DNA of 64,000 nt from a candidate division WWE3 bacterium (GTDB lineage Bacteria; Patescibacteriota; WWE3; JAPLWK01): the NCBI GenBank assembly GCA_026396615.1, contig JAPLWK010000008.1:9096-73095 (forward strand), read 5' to 3'. Positions 1-9,554 of the stretch are shown here, one piece after another (position 1 is the first letter of the stretch; every line of letters begins with the position of its first letter). A program made the translations under genes and the position numbers. The notes beneath the pieces were generated by a model. The model worked only from the letters and a program-made list of their open reading frames with translations, did no database searches and was not told the DNA's origin.

Positions 1-612
<612 letters not shown>

Positions 613-645
613 ACCCTAATTTTAAATTATTTTTCATTCTATTCA

Positions 646-658
646 GATTTCAAAGGGC
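646..658 (-). promoter_or_regulatory. boxA-like antitermination element upstream of 23S
   Basis: Minus strand reads GCCCTTTGAAATC between tRNA-Ala and 23S. Confidence 0.5.
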
Positions 659-664
659 AAACTC

Positions 665-768
665 GGAAATTTACAATTTGAAATTCGAAATTTTAAATGT
701 GTTTAAATTTTTGATCATTTAAACATTTCAAATTGATTTCAAATTTTAAATTGAAAATTTCAAATTTT
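665..768. repeat. AT-rich ~7-nt-period inverted-repeat tract (STRR-like)
   Basis: TTTGAAA/TTTCAAA-type units arranged around a central palindrome. Confidence 0.7.
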
Positions 769-772
769 CGGC

Positions 773-849
773 TGGTGGACCAGGTGGGATTTGGACCCAC
801 GGTCTCTTCGTTGCAAACGAAGCGCATTAGACCACTATGCTACTGGCCC
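773..849 (-). tRNA. tRNA-Ala(UGC)
   Basis: Cloverleaf GGGCCAG...CTGGTCCACCA with G3:U70, anticodon loop TTTGCAA and encoded CCA. Confidence 0.95.
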
Positions 850-1042
850 GTAAGGCCGTAGTATAAATTATTTTTAGGAAAGTTAAAAGAGGATTTGATA
901 TCCTCATGCGTCACAAGAGGAAACAAAGTGTTTCATTGGACTCGAAGTGTGTTTTTTATACGTTAAAAACGGTCGCTTGTCAACTACTTCTACGAGGGAT
1001 TGAAATTTGTAGCTTTTACCCGTAAACTGCATGGGAAACCAC

Positions 1043-1117
1043 GGGCGGTTAGCTCATCGGTAGAGCACTTCTCTGATAAGGAAGGGGTGAATGGTCCAAC
1101 TCCATTACCGCCCACCA
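1043..1117 (+). tRNA. tRNA-Ile(GAU)
   Basis: Cloverleaf GGGCGGT...ACCGCCCACCA, anticodon loop CTGATAA. Confidence 0.95.
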
Positions 1118-1125
1118 TATTTATA

Positions 1126-1590
1126 ATGATCATTCGCAACGCCACCACTAAAGACTGGAAAACCCTCAAGAAGATTAAGCCTGGCCTTACCGACGCCGCC
1201 ATTGAACACCGTCTCAAAGAACAGAGTGACGGACTGGCGGATTTTATAGTGCTGGAAGACGGGGGCCTAAAGAGCTGTGTCGTTTTGACGTATTACGGTA
1301 AACCCACTCACCCCGAGTACCCCGATATTGTGGACCTGTTTACGACGGAAGCATCGAGACATCAAGGTTACGGTCGCACTTTAGTTAACGAGTGTTTAAA
1401 AAGAGCCCGTGACCGGGGCGCAAAGAAGATCGGACTGAGTATTTATAAAGACGCCGACCCCAGAGTACAGAAATGGTACGAAAAGCTTGGTTTTAGAAGA
1501 TTGAAGGAACTTCCATACTATTATATAGTCAAAGGAACTAAAAATTGGGCCAGGGATTTTACCCTTGACATCAAGCCATCTAACTCATAA
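1126..1590 (+). CDS. GNAT family N-acetyltransferase
   Basis: Acetyl-CoA motif RHQGYGRTL and WYEKLGF. Start moved to ATG 1126 because the upstream ORF part overlaps tRNA-Ile. Confidence 0.88.
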   Translation: MIIRNATTKDWKTLKKIKPGLTDAAIEHRLKEQSDGLADFIVLEDGGLKSCVVLTYYGKPTHPEYPDIVDLFTTEASRHQGYGRTLVNECLKRARDRGAKKIGLSIYKDADPRVQKWYEKLGFRRLKELPYYYIVKGTKNWARDFTLDIKPSNS

Positions 1591-1593
1591 AAT
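1565..1593 (+). promoter_or_regulatory. sigma70 promoter for the tRNA-like pair
   Basis: TTGACA-17 bp-TAAAAT. Confidence 0.65.
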
Positions 1594-1620
1594 GACAACC
1601 TGATTGAAATTGAGAGAGAA

Positions 1621-1692
1621 CGGGGTGAAGCACAGTGGTAATGCGGCGTCTTTGCGTGACGTTAATTGAAGGTTCAAATCCCTCCACCCCGA
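1621..1692 (+). tRNA. Atypical tRNA: Pro-like body with UGC (Ala) anticodon, possibly pseudo-tRNA
   Basis: Acceptor CGGGGTG/CACCCCG plus A73, anticodon arm GCGTC-TTTGCGT-GACGT, T loop TTCAAAT. Has A8, one T-stem mismatch and no CCA. Confidence 0.75.
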
Positions 1693-1701
1693 TAGTAGTT
1701 A

Positions 1702-1773
1702 GAGCCCGTAGCACAATGGTAATGCGAGAAACTTTGAATTTCTAGATTAGGGGTTCAAATCCTCTCGGGCTCT
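1702..1773 (+). tRNA. Atypical tRNA-Gln(UUG) with G1-C72
   Basis: Acceptor GAGCCCG/CGGGCTC, anticodon arm AGAAA-CTTTGAA-TTTCT, T loop TTCAAAT, no CCA. Confidence 0.8.
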
Positions 1774-1808
1774 TCGTCAGATCCTGTTCTGACACGATTC
1801 TTGCGGCC

Positions 1809-1850
1809 GACGGTAACTGTATTCCCTCCTGTACAGTTACCGTCTTTTTT
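1809..1850 (+). terminator. Intrinsic terminator
   Basis: GACGGTAACTGT/ACAGTTACCGTC stem followed by a T run. Confidence 0.8.
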
Positions 1851-1937
1851 GATTGGCTACTTAACGAGCAAAGCGAGTTTAGGAGCCATCAATCCTCCGA
1901 AGCCTTGGCGTAGGAGGATGTTTTGAATTGATTTGAG

Positions 1938-2552
1938 TTAAGAAGAAACTAAGATAGCCTTAACAAGCAGACGTTCACTATAGTTATGCACAATAGGATT
2001 CCAGACCCCACCGCAAGTCACCAACATTAAACCCGGTTTACCAAGATTTTCCATTAGCGGCTCACCGGAACCGTCAGGAACGTAGGCTGACCCAATGACG
2101 CGGTAAGTAAAGATCCGATGCCCATCGCTAACGTTAATCTCGTCTCCGACGGTGAGTAATTTTATATTCCAAAAAGCCGCCGGCCGGCCGTAATTATCAT
2201 CCAAATGACCTACTATAATAGTATTGCCAGTTTCTCCCGCTTTAGCGCTACCGTCATAATAGCCAATCCCCATCCAGCCACTGGGCACGCCAATCCGATC
2301 ATTCACAACGCCCACTTCTTCTAAAGCATCATTAATCCCCAATTTTCCAATCTGAATCGTTTTGGGAGCTAAGTAAATTGGAGTTAACATGGAGCTAAAC
2401 TGGCTGACCGGTTTGATAGACTCCTGCTTATAAGTTAGTCCAGTACTAGTATGACTGTAAGTATCAATAGCCGAAACCACTTTTGGCGCCACCAAAATCA
2501 TGACCAAAGTGGCGATTGTTGAAGTAATAAAAATCCGGATAGATTGATTCAT
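1938..2552 (-). CDS. Class F sortase
   Basis: N-terminal signal/TM, GNTIIVGHLD...PAAF, LVTC catalytic motif and downstream Arg. Confidence 0.9.
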   Translation of the reverse strand: MNQSIRIFITSTIATLVMILVAPKVVSAIDTYSHTSTGLTYKQESIKPVSQFSSMLTPIYLAPKTIQIGKLGINDALEEVGVVNDRIGVPSGWMGIGYYDGSAKAGETGNTIIVGHLDDNYGRPAAFWNIKLLTVGDEINVSDGHRIFTYRVIGSAYVPDGSGEPLMENLGKPGLMLVTCGGVWNPIVHNYSERLLVKAILVSS

Positions 2553-2707
2553 AAATAATGTTGAGCTATTATATCTTATAGTCGCCTATATGTCTACTGG
2601 CATTGTCTTTGTCATTCCGGGCTTGACCCGGAATCCAGTAACTTCGATCCAACCAATCATAAATCCCCTCTTGACGCTAAGGCCTCTTTTGTTAATCTAA
2701 GTTTTAC

Positions 2708-3727
2708 ATGAACATCGCCTTCGTTTACAACGTCCGCCACCTTAAGCCGGCCTTAAATGACCCCAAAGCTCAGGCCGAAGCCGAATACGATACCCCGGAA
2801 ACGATTGCCTGGATGAAAGAGTCACTAGAAAAATTAGGGCATACGGTGCACGAGGTAGAGGCTACAACTGCAACGTATGAGAAGCTTAGGGCCCTTAAAA
2901 AGTCCTACTCTGACCTACTAGTCTTTAATTATTCGGAGGGAATCGGAGGTAATGACCATGAAGCCCAAATCTCGGCAATTTGCGAAATTCTTGACCTCAC
3001 TTACACCGGCAGTAGCGTTTTAACCTCGGCGATTATCCTCAACAAAGCCCGCACCAAAGAGATTCTAAAAAATTACCACATTCCCACCCCGGAATGGATT
3101 ATTATTAACCCTATCTCCCTTATCACCCCTATCGCCCTTAGCTACCCACTTATCGTAAAACCGAATTCGGAAGGCAGCAGTAAAGGGATATTTAATAATA
3201 ACGTGGTAAATAATCTAGAAGAATTAACAAACGTAGTTACCAAGATCCGTGACGGTCTACAAGGCTCCGTACTTCTGGAAACCTATTTGCCCGGCCGCGA
3301 ATTCACCGTCGCTATGCTGCGTGATCAAGATGCCTGGCGAGTGCTCCCAATTATCGAAGTTAAGTTCGATGAGCTTCCCGATGGCATGTATCCCATTGAT
3401 TCCTATGAAGTTAAGTGGATCTACGACAGCCCCGAAAACAAAATCGAGCCCCTAGAGTGCCCAGCGAAAATTGACGATAAATTACGACAGAGAATCAAAG
3501 ATATCTGTATTCGGACTTGTGAGGCATTAGAGGTGCGCGATTACTGCCGCATTGACGTTCGTCTGGATGCTAACGACAATCCCTACGTACTAGAAGTTAA
3601 TTCACCACCGGGAATGGCTCCCAACCCCGCCGAGAACTCTCGCTTCCCGTATGCTGCTAGGAAAGCTGGAATGACGTATGAAGAGTTGCTGGACAAAATC
3701 ATTCAATCTGCCCTTAGGCGACGTTAA
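2708..3727 (+). CDS. D-Ala-D-Ala ligase-like ATP-grasp protein
   Basis: YTGS, NKARTK, PLIVKPNSEGSSKGI, GREFTV, RIDVR and LEVNSPPGM motifs. Confidence 0.88.
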   Translation: MNIAFVYNVRHLKPALNDPKAQAEAEYDTPETIAWMKESLEKLGHTVHEVEATTATYEKLRALKKSYSDLLVFNYSEGIGGNDHEAQISAICEILDLTYTGSSVLTSAIILNKARTKEILKNYHIPTPEWIIINPISLITPIALSYPLIVKPNSEGSSKGIFNNNVVNNLEELTNVVTKIRDGLQGSVLLETYLPGREFTVAMLRDQDAWRVLPIIEVKFDELPDGMYPIDSYEVKWIYDSPENKIEPLECPAKIDDKLRQRIKDICIRTCEALEVRDYCRIDVRLDANDNPYVLEVNSPPGMAPNPAENSRFPYAARKAGMTYEELLDKIIQSALRRR

Positions 3728-3734
3728 TCGCCAT

Positions 3735-3820
3735 CGAGGACGGGGCATGCCCCGTCCCTACAGCCGTGTTTCAGGAGGCCTCCTTAAGATCATGTAGGGA
3801 CGACGCATGCGTCGTCCTCA
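3735..3820. repeat. GTAG-type REP doublet (REPIN/BIME-like), near-copy at 24751-24833
   Basis: GAGGACGGGGCATGCCCCGTCCCTAC ... GTAGGGACGACGCATGCGTCGTCCTC, spacer shared with the second copy. Confidence 0.88.
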
Positions 3821-3825
3821 TTCGA

Positions 3826-4221
3826 TTATTTAAATACCCAAAGTTTGAAAAGAGGAAAATTGTTCCCCACCACCACGAACATAATCAAAAACTTCGCCAC
3901 CACAAAGTTAAGGTGAAAAACTTGGACCAGCAGAAAAAGCCCCAGTGACGTAATCAAATTGTTCTCAACGATAATACAAGCGTAGCGAAATAATTGCTTT
4001 TTCGTAAACGTCCGGTTCCTAAAAGTAAAATATTTTTGGACTAAAAAGGCGTAGGTAACGACGACGGGCGCTTGAACGATTGGCGTTAGACCGGCCGGTA
4101 CGTGTAGATAGTGATATAGCAAGTAGCCGGTGGTTAAATCTAAAACGTAGGCAGACAAGCCGCCAATAATGTACCGCACTAGCTGCCAGGGATGATGCCA
4201 GGTCTCGATGATGAAGCTCAT
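3826..4221 (-). CDS. GtrA family membrane protein
   Basis: QLVRYIIGG, FLVQKYFTF and NFPLFKLWVF pattern, 4 TM segments. Start re-assigned to ATG 4221. Confidence 0.85.
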   Translation of the reverse strand: MSFIIETWHHPWQLVRYIIGGLSAYVLDLTTGYLLYHYLHVPAGLTPIVQAPVVVTYAFLVQKYFTFRNRTFTKKQLFRYACIIVENNLITSLGLFLLVQVFHLNFVVAKFLIMFVVVGNNFPLFKLWVFK

Positions 4222-4430
4222 CAGCTTCCCCCAAACTTTTTTAGCAACAGAAATCACAGAAGTGAGTATACAATAAATTAATCCGTCATTCTGAACTTGA
4301 TTCAGAATCCAGTAAATCAAAACTAATTTTCAATTTGAAATTCGAAATATACGCTCGCTCGGCTCGCTACCAATTATCGTGACGATAATTGTTGAAAATG
4401 CTTAAAAATTGAATTCAACAATTTGCCACA

Positions 4431-4529
4431 AATTGGTAGTGAACAAAGTGAACGTTTATTTTAAATTGTAAATTTCAAAAAATTGGTAGTGAACAAAGTG
4501 AACGTTTATTTTAAATTGTAAATTTCAAA
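4431..4529. repeat. Perfect 50-bp-unit tandem duplication inside a REP-flanked AT-rich tract
   Basis: AATTGGTAGTGAACAAAGTGAACGTTTATTTTAAATTGTAAATTTCAAA occurs at 4431 and 4481. Confidence 0.95.
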
Positions 4530-4624
4530 TTATAGCAATTACTGGATTTCGGCTCTGAGGCCGGAATGACTTGTAGCCCATAACCATTTGACATCTAACC
4601 TCTAGTACTGTATAGTGCCCCCAT

Positions 4625-5401
4625 ATGAAATTAAACCCAACCACCACCAAAGTTTTAACCTACGTCGTTCCGGCTTTACTGGCCGTGCTTTTGGTTGGTG
4701 GCGTTTCCTACTTTTTAGGCCTATGGGGTCCTAAAGCCGTCACTAATCAAACCGATAACACTACTCAAGTGGTTAATAAAATCGACGGTGCTGGTATCGC
4801 CGTTGCCGGTTTAAAAGCCGGTCTACCCTACGGTTACAAGGGAGCGCCCCAAATTTACACCGCCAAAACCGATAATATTAGCGTTAAAGTCGATTTTGCC
4901 AATCCCAATAGCAACGAAAACATTACTAAGAATTTAGAGACTCGAGTCTATAAATTTACCAAGATTATTGACGGTAACTTGGATTTGACCAAAAACGCCG
5001 CTTTTGACGAAGCGACGCTTCAAAAAATCATCAATAAGACCGAAGGCACGTTCGAGTTAGATTTGTACCCGGTTTACTCTAAAGAGTTTAAGGGGATCAC
5101 TTTTGGACCAAGTGAAACTAAGACTTTTGAAGCTAGCTTTACGCCCACCGAAAACGGTTATTACGAAGTAGTAATTGCCGAAAGCGATTACTTTACGACT
5201 GGTACTGGTGCCAAATCGATCGGCTTTGTAAGGATTGGTGAGAAGTCTGCTTTAGCCGTAGTAACAACCCCAACGACCAAAGGAGCCGCCACTACCTCGG
5301 GAACGCTTCCCAAGACCGGCGCGTCAGATATGATTGTGACCGTTCTCGCCAGTATTTTAGGCCTCTTCGGCGTGACGCTGAAGAGCAAGTCAAAGAAATA
5401 A
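4625..5401 (+). CDS. LPxTG-anchored surface protein
   Basis: N-terminal TM and C-terminal LPKTG, hydrophobic helix and KSKSKK tail. Confidence 0.85.
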   Translation: MKLNPTTTKVLTYVVPALLAVLLVGGVSYFLGLWGPKAVTNQTDNTTQVVNKIDGAGIAVAGLKAGLPYGYKGAPQIYTAKTDNISVKVDFANPNSNENITKNLETRVYKFTKIIDGNLDLTKNAAFDEATLQKIINKTEGTFELDLYPVYSKEFKGITFGPSETKTFEASFTPTENGYYEVVIAESDYFTTGTGAKSIGFVRIGEKSALAVVTTPTTKGAATTSGTLPKTGASDMIVTVLASILGLFGVTLKSKSKK

Positions 5402-6523
5402 AAGAAAATCGGTAAAGTTATTGCGGTTTATTACCTTTACTTCAGAATCAGGGTAAGCTCGCACAAATTCGTCCGCGGGGTGAACGTGTTCGTCTTTCCA
5501 CTTAAATTCCACTCCGTGAAGTTTTCCGCAGTACTCTTCCACCAGATCAACTTCTTTCCCGTCGTAGGTCCGCCAAAAATAGACGTTAGCGTAAATTTTT
5601 TTATACTCGCGGGTTTTAAGGCGCTCGGCAAACACGAAATTTTCCCACAGTTGCCCTATATCGTTACGATCTGCTAGGTCGTTAAATTGTGAAATCACGG
5701 CGTTGCGGATGCCATTATCTAAAAAGTAGTATTTTGATTTACTTTTGACTTCGTCTCGCAAGTTCCGGCTTAGAGCACCCACTCGCTTTATTACAAAAGA
5801 CTTTTCCAAAAGGTCCAGGTACTTCTCCACGGTTTTTCCGCTTATAGCTAAAGCGCTGGCCAGTTCATTAATGGAAACTTCGGAGCCGATCTGGAAAGCC
5901 AGTAGTTTAACTAGATCTACCACTACTTTAGATTTGCGCAAACCATCCAAGGCTAAAATATCTTTAAAAAGATAGGAGTTAGAAATTTCTTCCAGTTTGC
6001 GGATTTTGTCGGTTCGGTTTTCGGTGGTCAGCACTTCCGGATACATTCCTAAAACCAGGAAGTCATTAAGCTGCCGCATTAGCTCCAAAGGAGTAAATTT
6101 TTGGGATAATTCCAAGAAAGATAACGGATAAAGAGTGAGGGTGTTCTTACGGCCGGTTAAGGGTTCGCCCACTTTATCGGCAATGTCAAAACTGGAAGAA
6201 CCGGTGGCAATAATTTTAAGGTTGGGAACGTAATCGGCTAAAATTTTTAGGCCTTGACCAACGTTTGGAATCAGCTGCACTTCATCCAGGGCAACTAAAT
6301 CATAACCTTCCACATATCTTTTAATGTCGTCTAGCCGTCCCGAGCCTAAAAGCTCGGCAAATTTAATGTTATCGCCGGTTTCAAGCAGGTATTTAAAGGT
6401 GGTTTCGGCCAGATAGGACTTAAGAATAGTGGTCTTACCTACCCGCCGCGGACCGTAAATCACCAGAACGCGGTTAGGCTCTAGATATTTTTCCAGATTA
6501 TCGTAAATTCGGGGATAGAGCAT
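5390..6523 (-). CDS. AAA_14/DUF4143 ATP-binding protein
   Basis: GPRRVGKT, LDEVQ, ATGSS, EPLTGR, KYYFLDNGIRN and FWRTYDGKEVD motifs. Confidence 0.92.
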   Translation of the reverse strand: MLYPRIYDNLEKYLEPNRVLVIYGPRRVGKTTILKSYLAETTFKYLLETGDNIKFAELLGSGRLDDIKRYVEGYDLVALDEVQLIPNVGQGLKILADYVPNLKIIATGSSSFDIADKVGEPLTGRKNTLTLYPLSFLELSQKFTPLELMRQLNDFLVLGMYPEVLTTENRTDKIRKLEEISNSYLFKDILALDGLRKSKVVVDLVKLLAFQIGSEVSINELASALAISGKTVEKYLDLLEKSFVIKRVGALSRNLRDEVKSKSKYYFLDNGIRNAVISQFNDLADRNDIGQLWENFVFAERLKTREYKKIYANVYFWRTYDGKEVDLVEEYCGKLHGVEFKWKDEHVHPADEFVRAYPDSEVKVINRNNFTDFLLFL

Positions 6524-6652
6524 GGTTTAAGGGTAGCATAGTTTAAATATTATGTCAAATATTAGTACTTGTGTGTGAAACTTTTAGGTTAATTTTAGCA
6601 TTATTGCGGAGTTTTAGTAACTATCTAGACAATCCCTGTCGAGGTTCCCAAA

Positions 6653-6712
6653 TTAATCGCTTCGATCCTCGGCCTCTTCGGTGTGACCTTGAAGAGTAAG
6701 TCTAAGAAATAA
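6653..6712 (+). pseudogene. Orphan duplicate of the last ~19 codons of the LPxTG gene 4625-5401
   Basis: Encodes LIASILGLFGVTLKSKSKK* versus VLASILGLFGVTLKSKSKK*. Confidence 0.85.
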
Positions 6713-6847
6713 CCCCACCACTTTGTCATTCCGGGCTTGACCCGGAATCTAGCAACAAATAAAAATAATAGTCCAACCCCTCCCCCGCTTTGACTATAGG
6801 GCCATATTATGCTATAACCTCCTCACAAATATCAAGGAGAAGAAAAA

Positions 6848-7396
6848 TTGAAAAATATACTAGTCGTTCTTGGCTGCGGAGTGAATCAAGACGGTAACCT
6901 CTCCAGAAGGCCTCGTGCTTCAATGAACGAAGCGCTGTCATTACTTGAAGATGATTACAATTTCCTCTTCCTCACCGGCGGCGGCAGTATCCACGGCACA
7001 GCAGCTTTGGCAATAACTGAAGCTGCGGCTATGAAGAACTACGCCATAAATGAGAGCGTTCATGAGGCGATGATTATCATTGATGAAACGGCGCTAGACA
7101 CTCTTGGTAACTTCCAAGCCCTAAGATTGAAGTTTCCCGGCAGTGATTACAACTTCACTGTCGTAGTGAGTAACTCTCAAATGGCTAGGGCTAAGCTAGT
7201 CGCCCACCAAGTGTTTGGTGGTACCAACAATTTCTATTTCGTGGGTGTTTCGGAGAATTACTTGACGGAATGGCAACGGTTAAAACGAAATAGCTACGAG
7301 ACTATCGCTTACCTACTGCAAATATGCCCGTCGCTTTACAAAATTGCGACAGGAATTGTAAAGATCGCGACTCGTCCCTTCCGCAACTACGATTGA
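6848..7396 (+). CDS. YdcF/SanA (DUF218) family protein
   Basis: ILVVLGCG, LTGG, EAAAMKNY and ETALDTLGN motifs, with AGGAG RBS. Confidence 0.8.
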   Translation: MKNILVVLGCGVNQDGNLSRRPRASMNEALSLLEDDYNFLFLTGGGSIHGTAALAITEAAAMKNYAINESVHEAMIIIDETALDTLGNFQALRLKFPGSDYNFTVVVSNSQMARAKLVAHQVFGGTNNFYFVGVSENYLTEWQRLKRNSYETIAYLLQICPSLYKIATGIVKIATRPFRNYD

Positions 7397-7471
7397 CCGC
7401 CAAAGACTCTCCACGTTTCCCGGAAACTACGAGAGTCTTTTTGTTTTATCTATAAAACGTATAATAAAAAC

Positions 7472-8407
7472 ATGCGCATCCTCATTACCGGCGGGGCCGG
7501 CTTCATTGGCTCTCACCTTCAAGATAAATTAATTACACTTGGCCACACTGTCAGCGTGCTTGATAACTTCCGTTCCGGCAAAAAAGAAAATGTAAACCCC
7601 AAAGCCTCGTTACTAGAAGTTGACGTTAGAGATGCGCAAGGCGTTCTTAAAGCCTTTGAAGACTTTAAACCGGCCGTGGTTTTTCACTTGGCGGCCCAAA
7701 ACGAAGTGCCCTACTCCATGAGTCATCCCGAAGAAGATATCAATATCAATATAAACGGCATGTTTAACATTCTGGAAGCTTGTCGCCAGACAGGCGTCAA
7801 AAAGTTGGTGTACTCTAATACCGGCGGCGCTTACTACGGCGAGGTGGCCGAGGACCGCTTGCCTATTACTGAAGACGAACCGGTCGCTCATCCCTCTTCT
7901 TTCTACGGCGTCTCCAAAGCCTGTGCAGAGCAGTACTTAAAGCTTTACGGCACTGTCTATGGCCTTAAGTGGGTTGCTCTTCGCTACGCTAACGTTTATG
8001 GACCGCGCCAGGACGGCAACAAAGAGTCCGGCATCATCGCCGTGTTTACCAACAAAATGCTTAAAGGCGAACGGCCGACTATAAACGGCGACGGTTCTCA
8101 TACTCGCGATTATGTGTATGTTGACGATGTGGTAAAAGCCAACCTTTTAGCCCTATCGTATAACCAAAACGACTACTTTAATATTTCCAATGGCGCCGAA
8201 GTGACAAATCGGGAGGTTTACGACACCCTGGCTAAAATCTTAGACATTAAAGCTGACCCCATTTTTGGACTCGCTCGACCCGGCGACGTCCTCCGTAACG
8301 TGCTTGATAACACCAAGGCCGCCAGACTTCTAAACTGGCAGCCGGAAGTGAGTTTGGAAGAAGGCATCCAAAAAACCATCGCCTACTACAAAGAAAACGA
8401 GTCCTAA
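7472..8407 (+). CDS. NAD-dependent epimerase/dehydratase (UDP-glucose 4-epimerase-like)
   Basis: GGAGFIG, YGVSK, LRYANVYGPRQ and RDYVYVDD. Confidence 0.95.
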   Translation: MRILITGGAGFIGSHLQDKLITLGHTVSVLDNFRSGKKENVNPKASLLEVDVRDAQGVLKAFEDFKPAVVFHLAAQNEVPYSMSHPEEDINININGMFNILEACRQTGVKKLVYSNTGGAYYGEVAEDRLPITEDEPVAHPSSFYGVSKACAEQYLKLYGTVYGLKWVALRYANVYGPRQDGNKESGIIAVFTNKMLKGERPTINGDGSHTRDYVYVDDVVKANLLALSYNQNDYFNISNGAEVTNREVYDTLAKILDIKADPIFGLARPGDVLRNVLDNTKAARLLNWQPEVSLEEGIQKTIAYYKENES

Positions 8408-8577
8408 ATTATTTTTTCGTCTCAATCTAACTTCGCCGTAGCAAGTTTCGCCCAAGCGAAGCGACGGCGAACGAAGCGGAGGCGAGTTGACTATAAGATC
8501 ATATTTAGCTATAATCCAAAAGTTAATTAACCAATGGCCACTTCTGGCCGCAATTCTCTCAATTTGGAGGAAATCTC

Positions 8578-9378
8578 GTGAAGATACTAAAAAATATCAG
8601 TCGAATCGTGTCAGTGCTCGCAGTTTACTTAACCGTGATCCAGTCGGCAAATGCCGGAGCGGTCAATGTTGGTCAGCAGTATGACATCACCCCAGCCGCC
8701 AACGGCCAAAGCGTCTTTTGGGAAGTCCATACTGTACCCGAAGGATCGTTTGTAACGTTTTCTTTCGTGAACGTTCCAATAAACGCCACCAGTGAATTCT
8801 CGCTGGCTTTGAACATCTGGAATGCCCCTAGTGCCAAAGCGGTGTTAACGAAGGACAATGTGGTACTACCGTTCACGATGACTCTGCAAACCAATGGCAC
8901 GGAGATCTGGTGGTAAACCAGTCCTCAGTATCAAAGCGTCATTGTGGCTCACGATACGGTTTTGACCCTGGAACTAAAACATGTAACTTGGTTGAACCTA
9001 ACGTATATATTGGGAAAGCCGCGGTTCCAGTATCGACAGTTCATGCCGTTCGTTACCCAACCGCCACCGGCCCCAGTGATTAATCAAATCTCGGTAACCC
9101 GCGACGGACTGTGGCACGATACTGTTGGTATAGCCAACACCGACTTTGTGGAAGTCCACTTTAGTCAGACCGGAACTTTCAGCTGGGACGCCAATGTCTG
9201 GACCGTTGTAACGCCAACGGTAACACTAAACAACGTTGTCGTACCAGTCCAATGGACATTCGACGTGTTCTACCAGCCAGTCGCGATTCAGAGCTTTAAT
9301 GCTAAAATTGGCGACGTTCTTAGGATTAACATTTCTGGCGCGACGTGGACGAACTTATTCTACAAGTTCACGCCGTAG
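8578..9378 (+). pseudogene. Secreted beta-rich protein interrupted by an in-frame TAA at 8914-8916
   Basis: GGAGG RBS and signal peptide. ORFs 8578-8916 and 8944-9378 are in the same frame, separated by one stop. Confidence 0.7.
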
Positions 9379-9554
9379 CCCAAAAGCCCGAACCGTCTCT
9401 TCTCAACCTTGAGATTAGATTGTTCGGGTTTTGCTATTTGTAACCGATAATCAATGTTAAAAGGCCATTTATCACCATTAAAAGCCACTGCGACAACTAG
9501 AATACCTCTCTATAGCACTTGACATCTTATAGCAATTAGTGTATAATACGACCT

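Noticed and set aside
5342-6712. Diversity-generating retroelement TR/VR pair
   Set aside because: Differences are synonymous and not adenine-specific, and no reverse transcriptase is present.
8914-8916. Stop-codon reassignment
   Set aside because: TAA, TAG and TGA all end conserved genes normally in this window; only one internal stop was seen.
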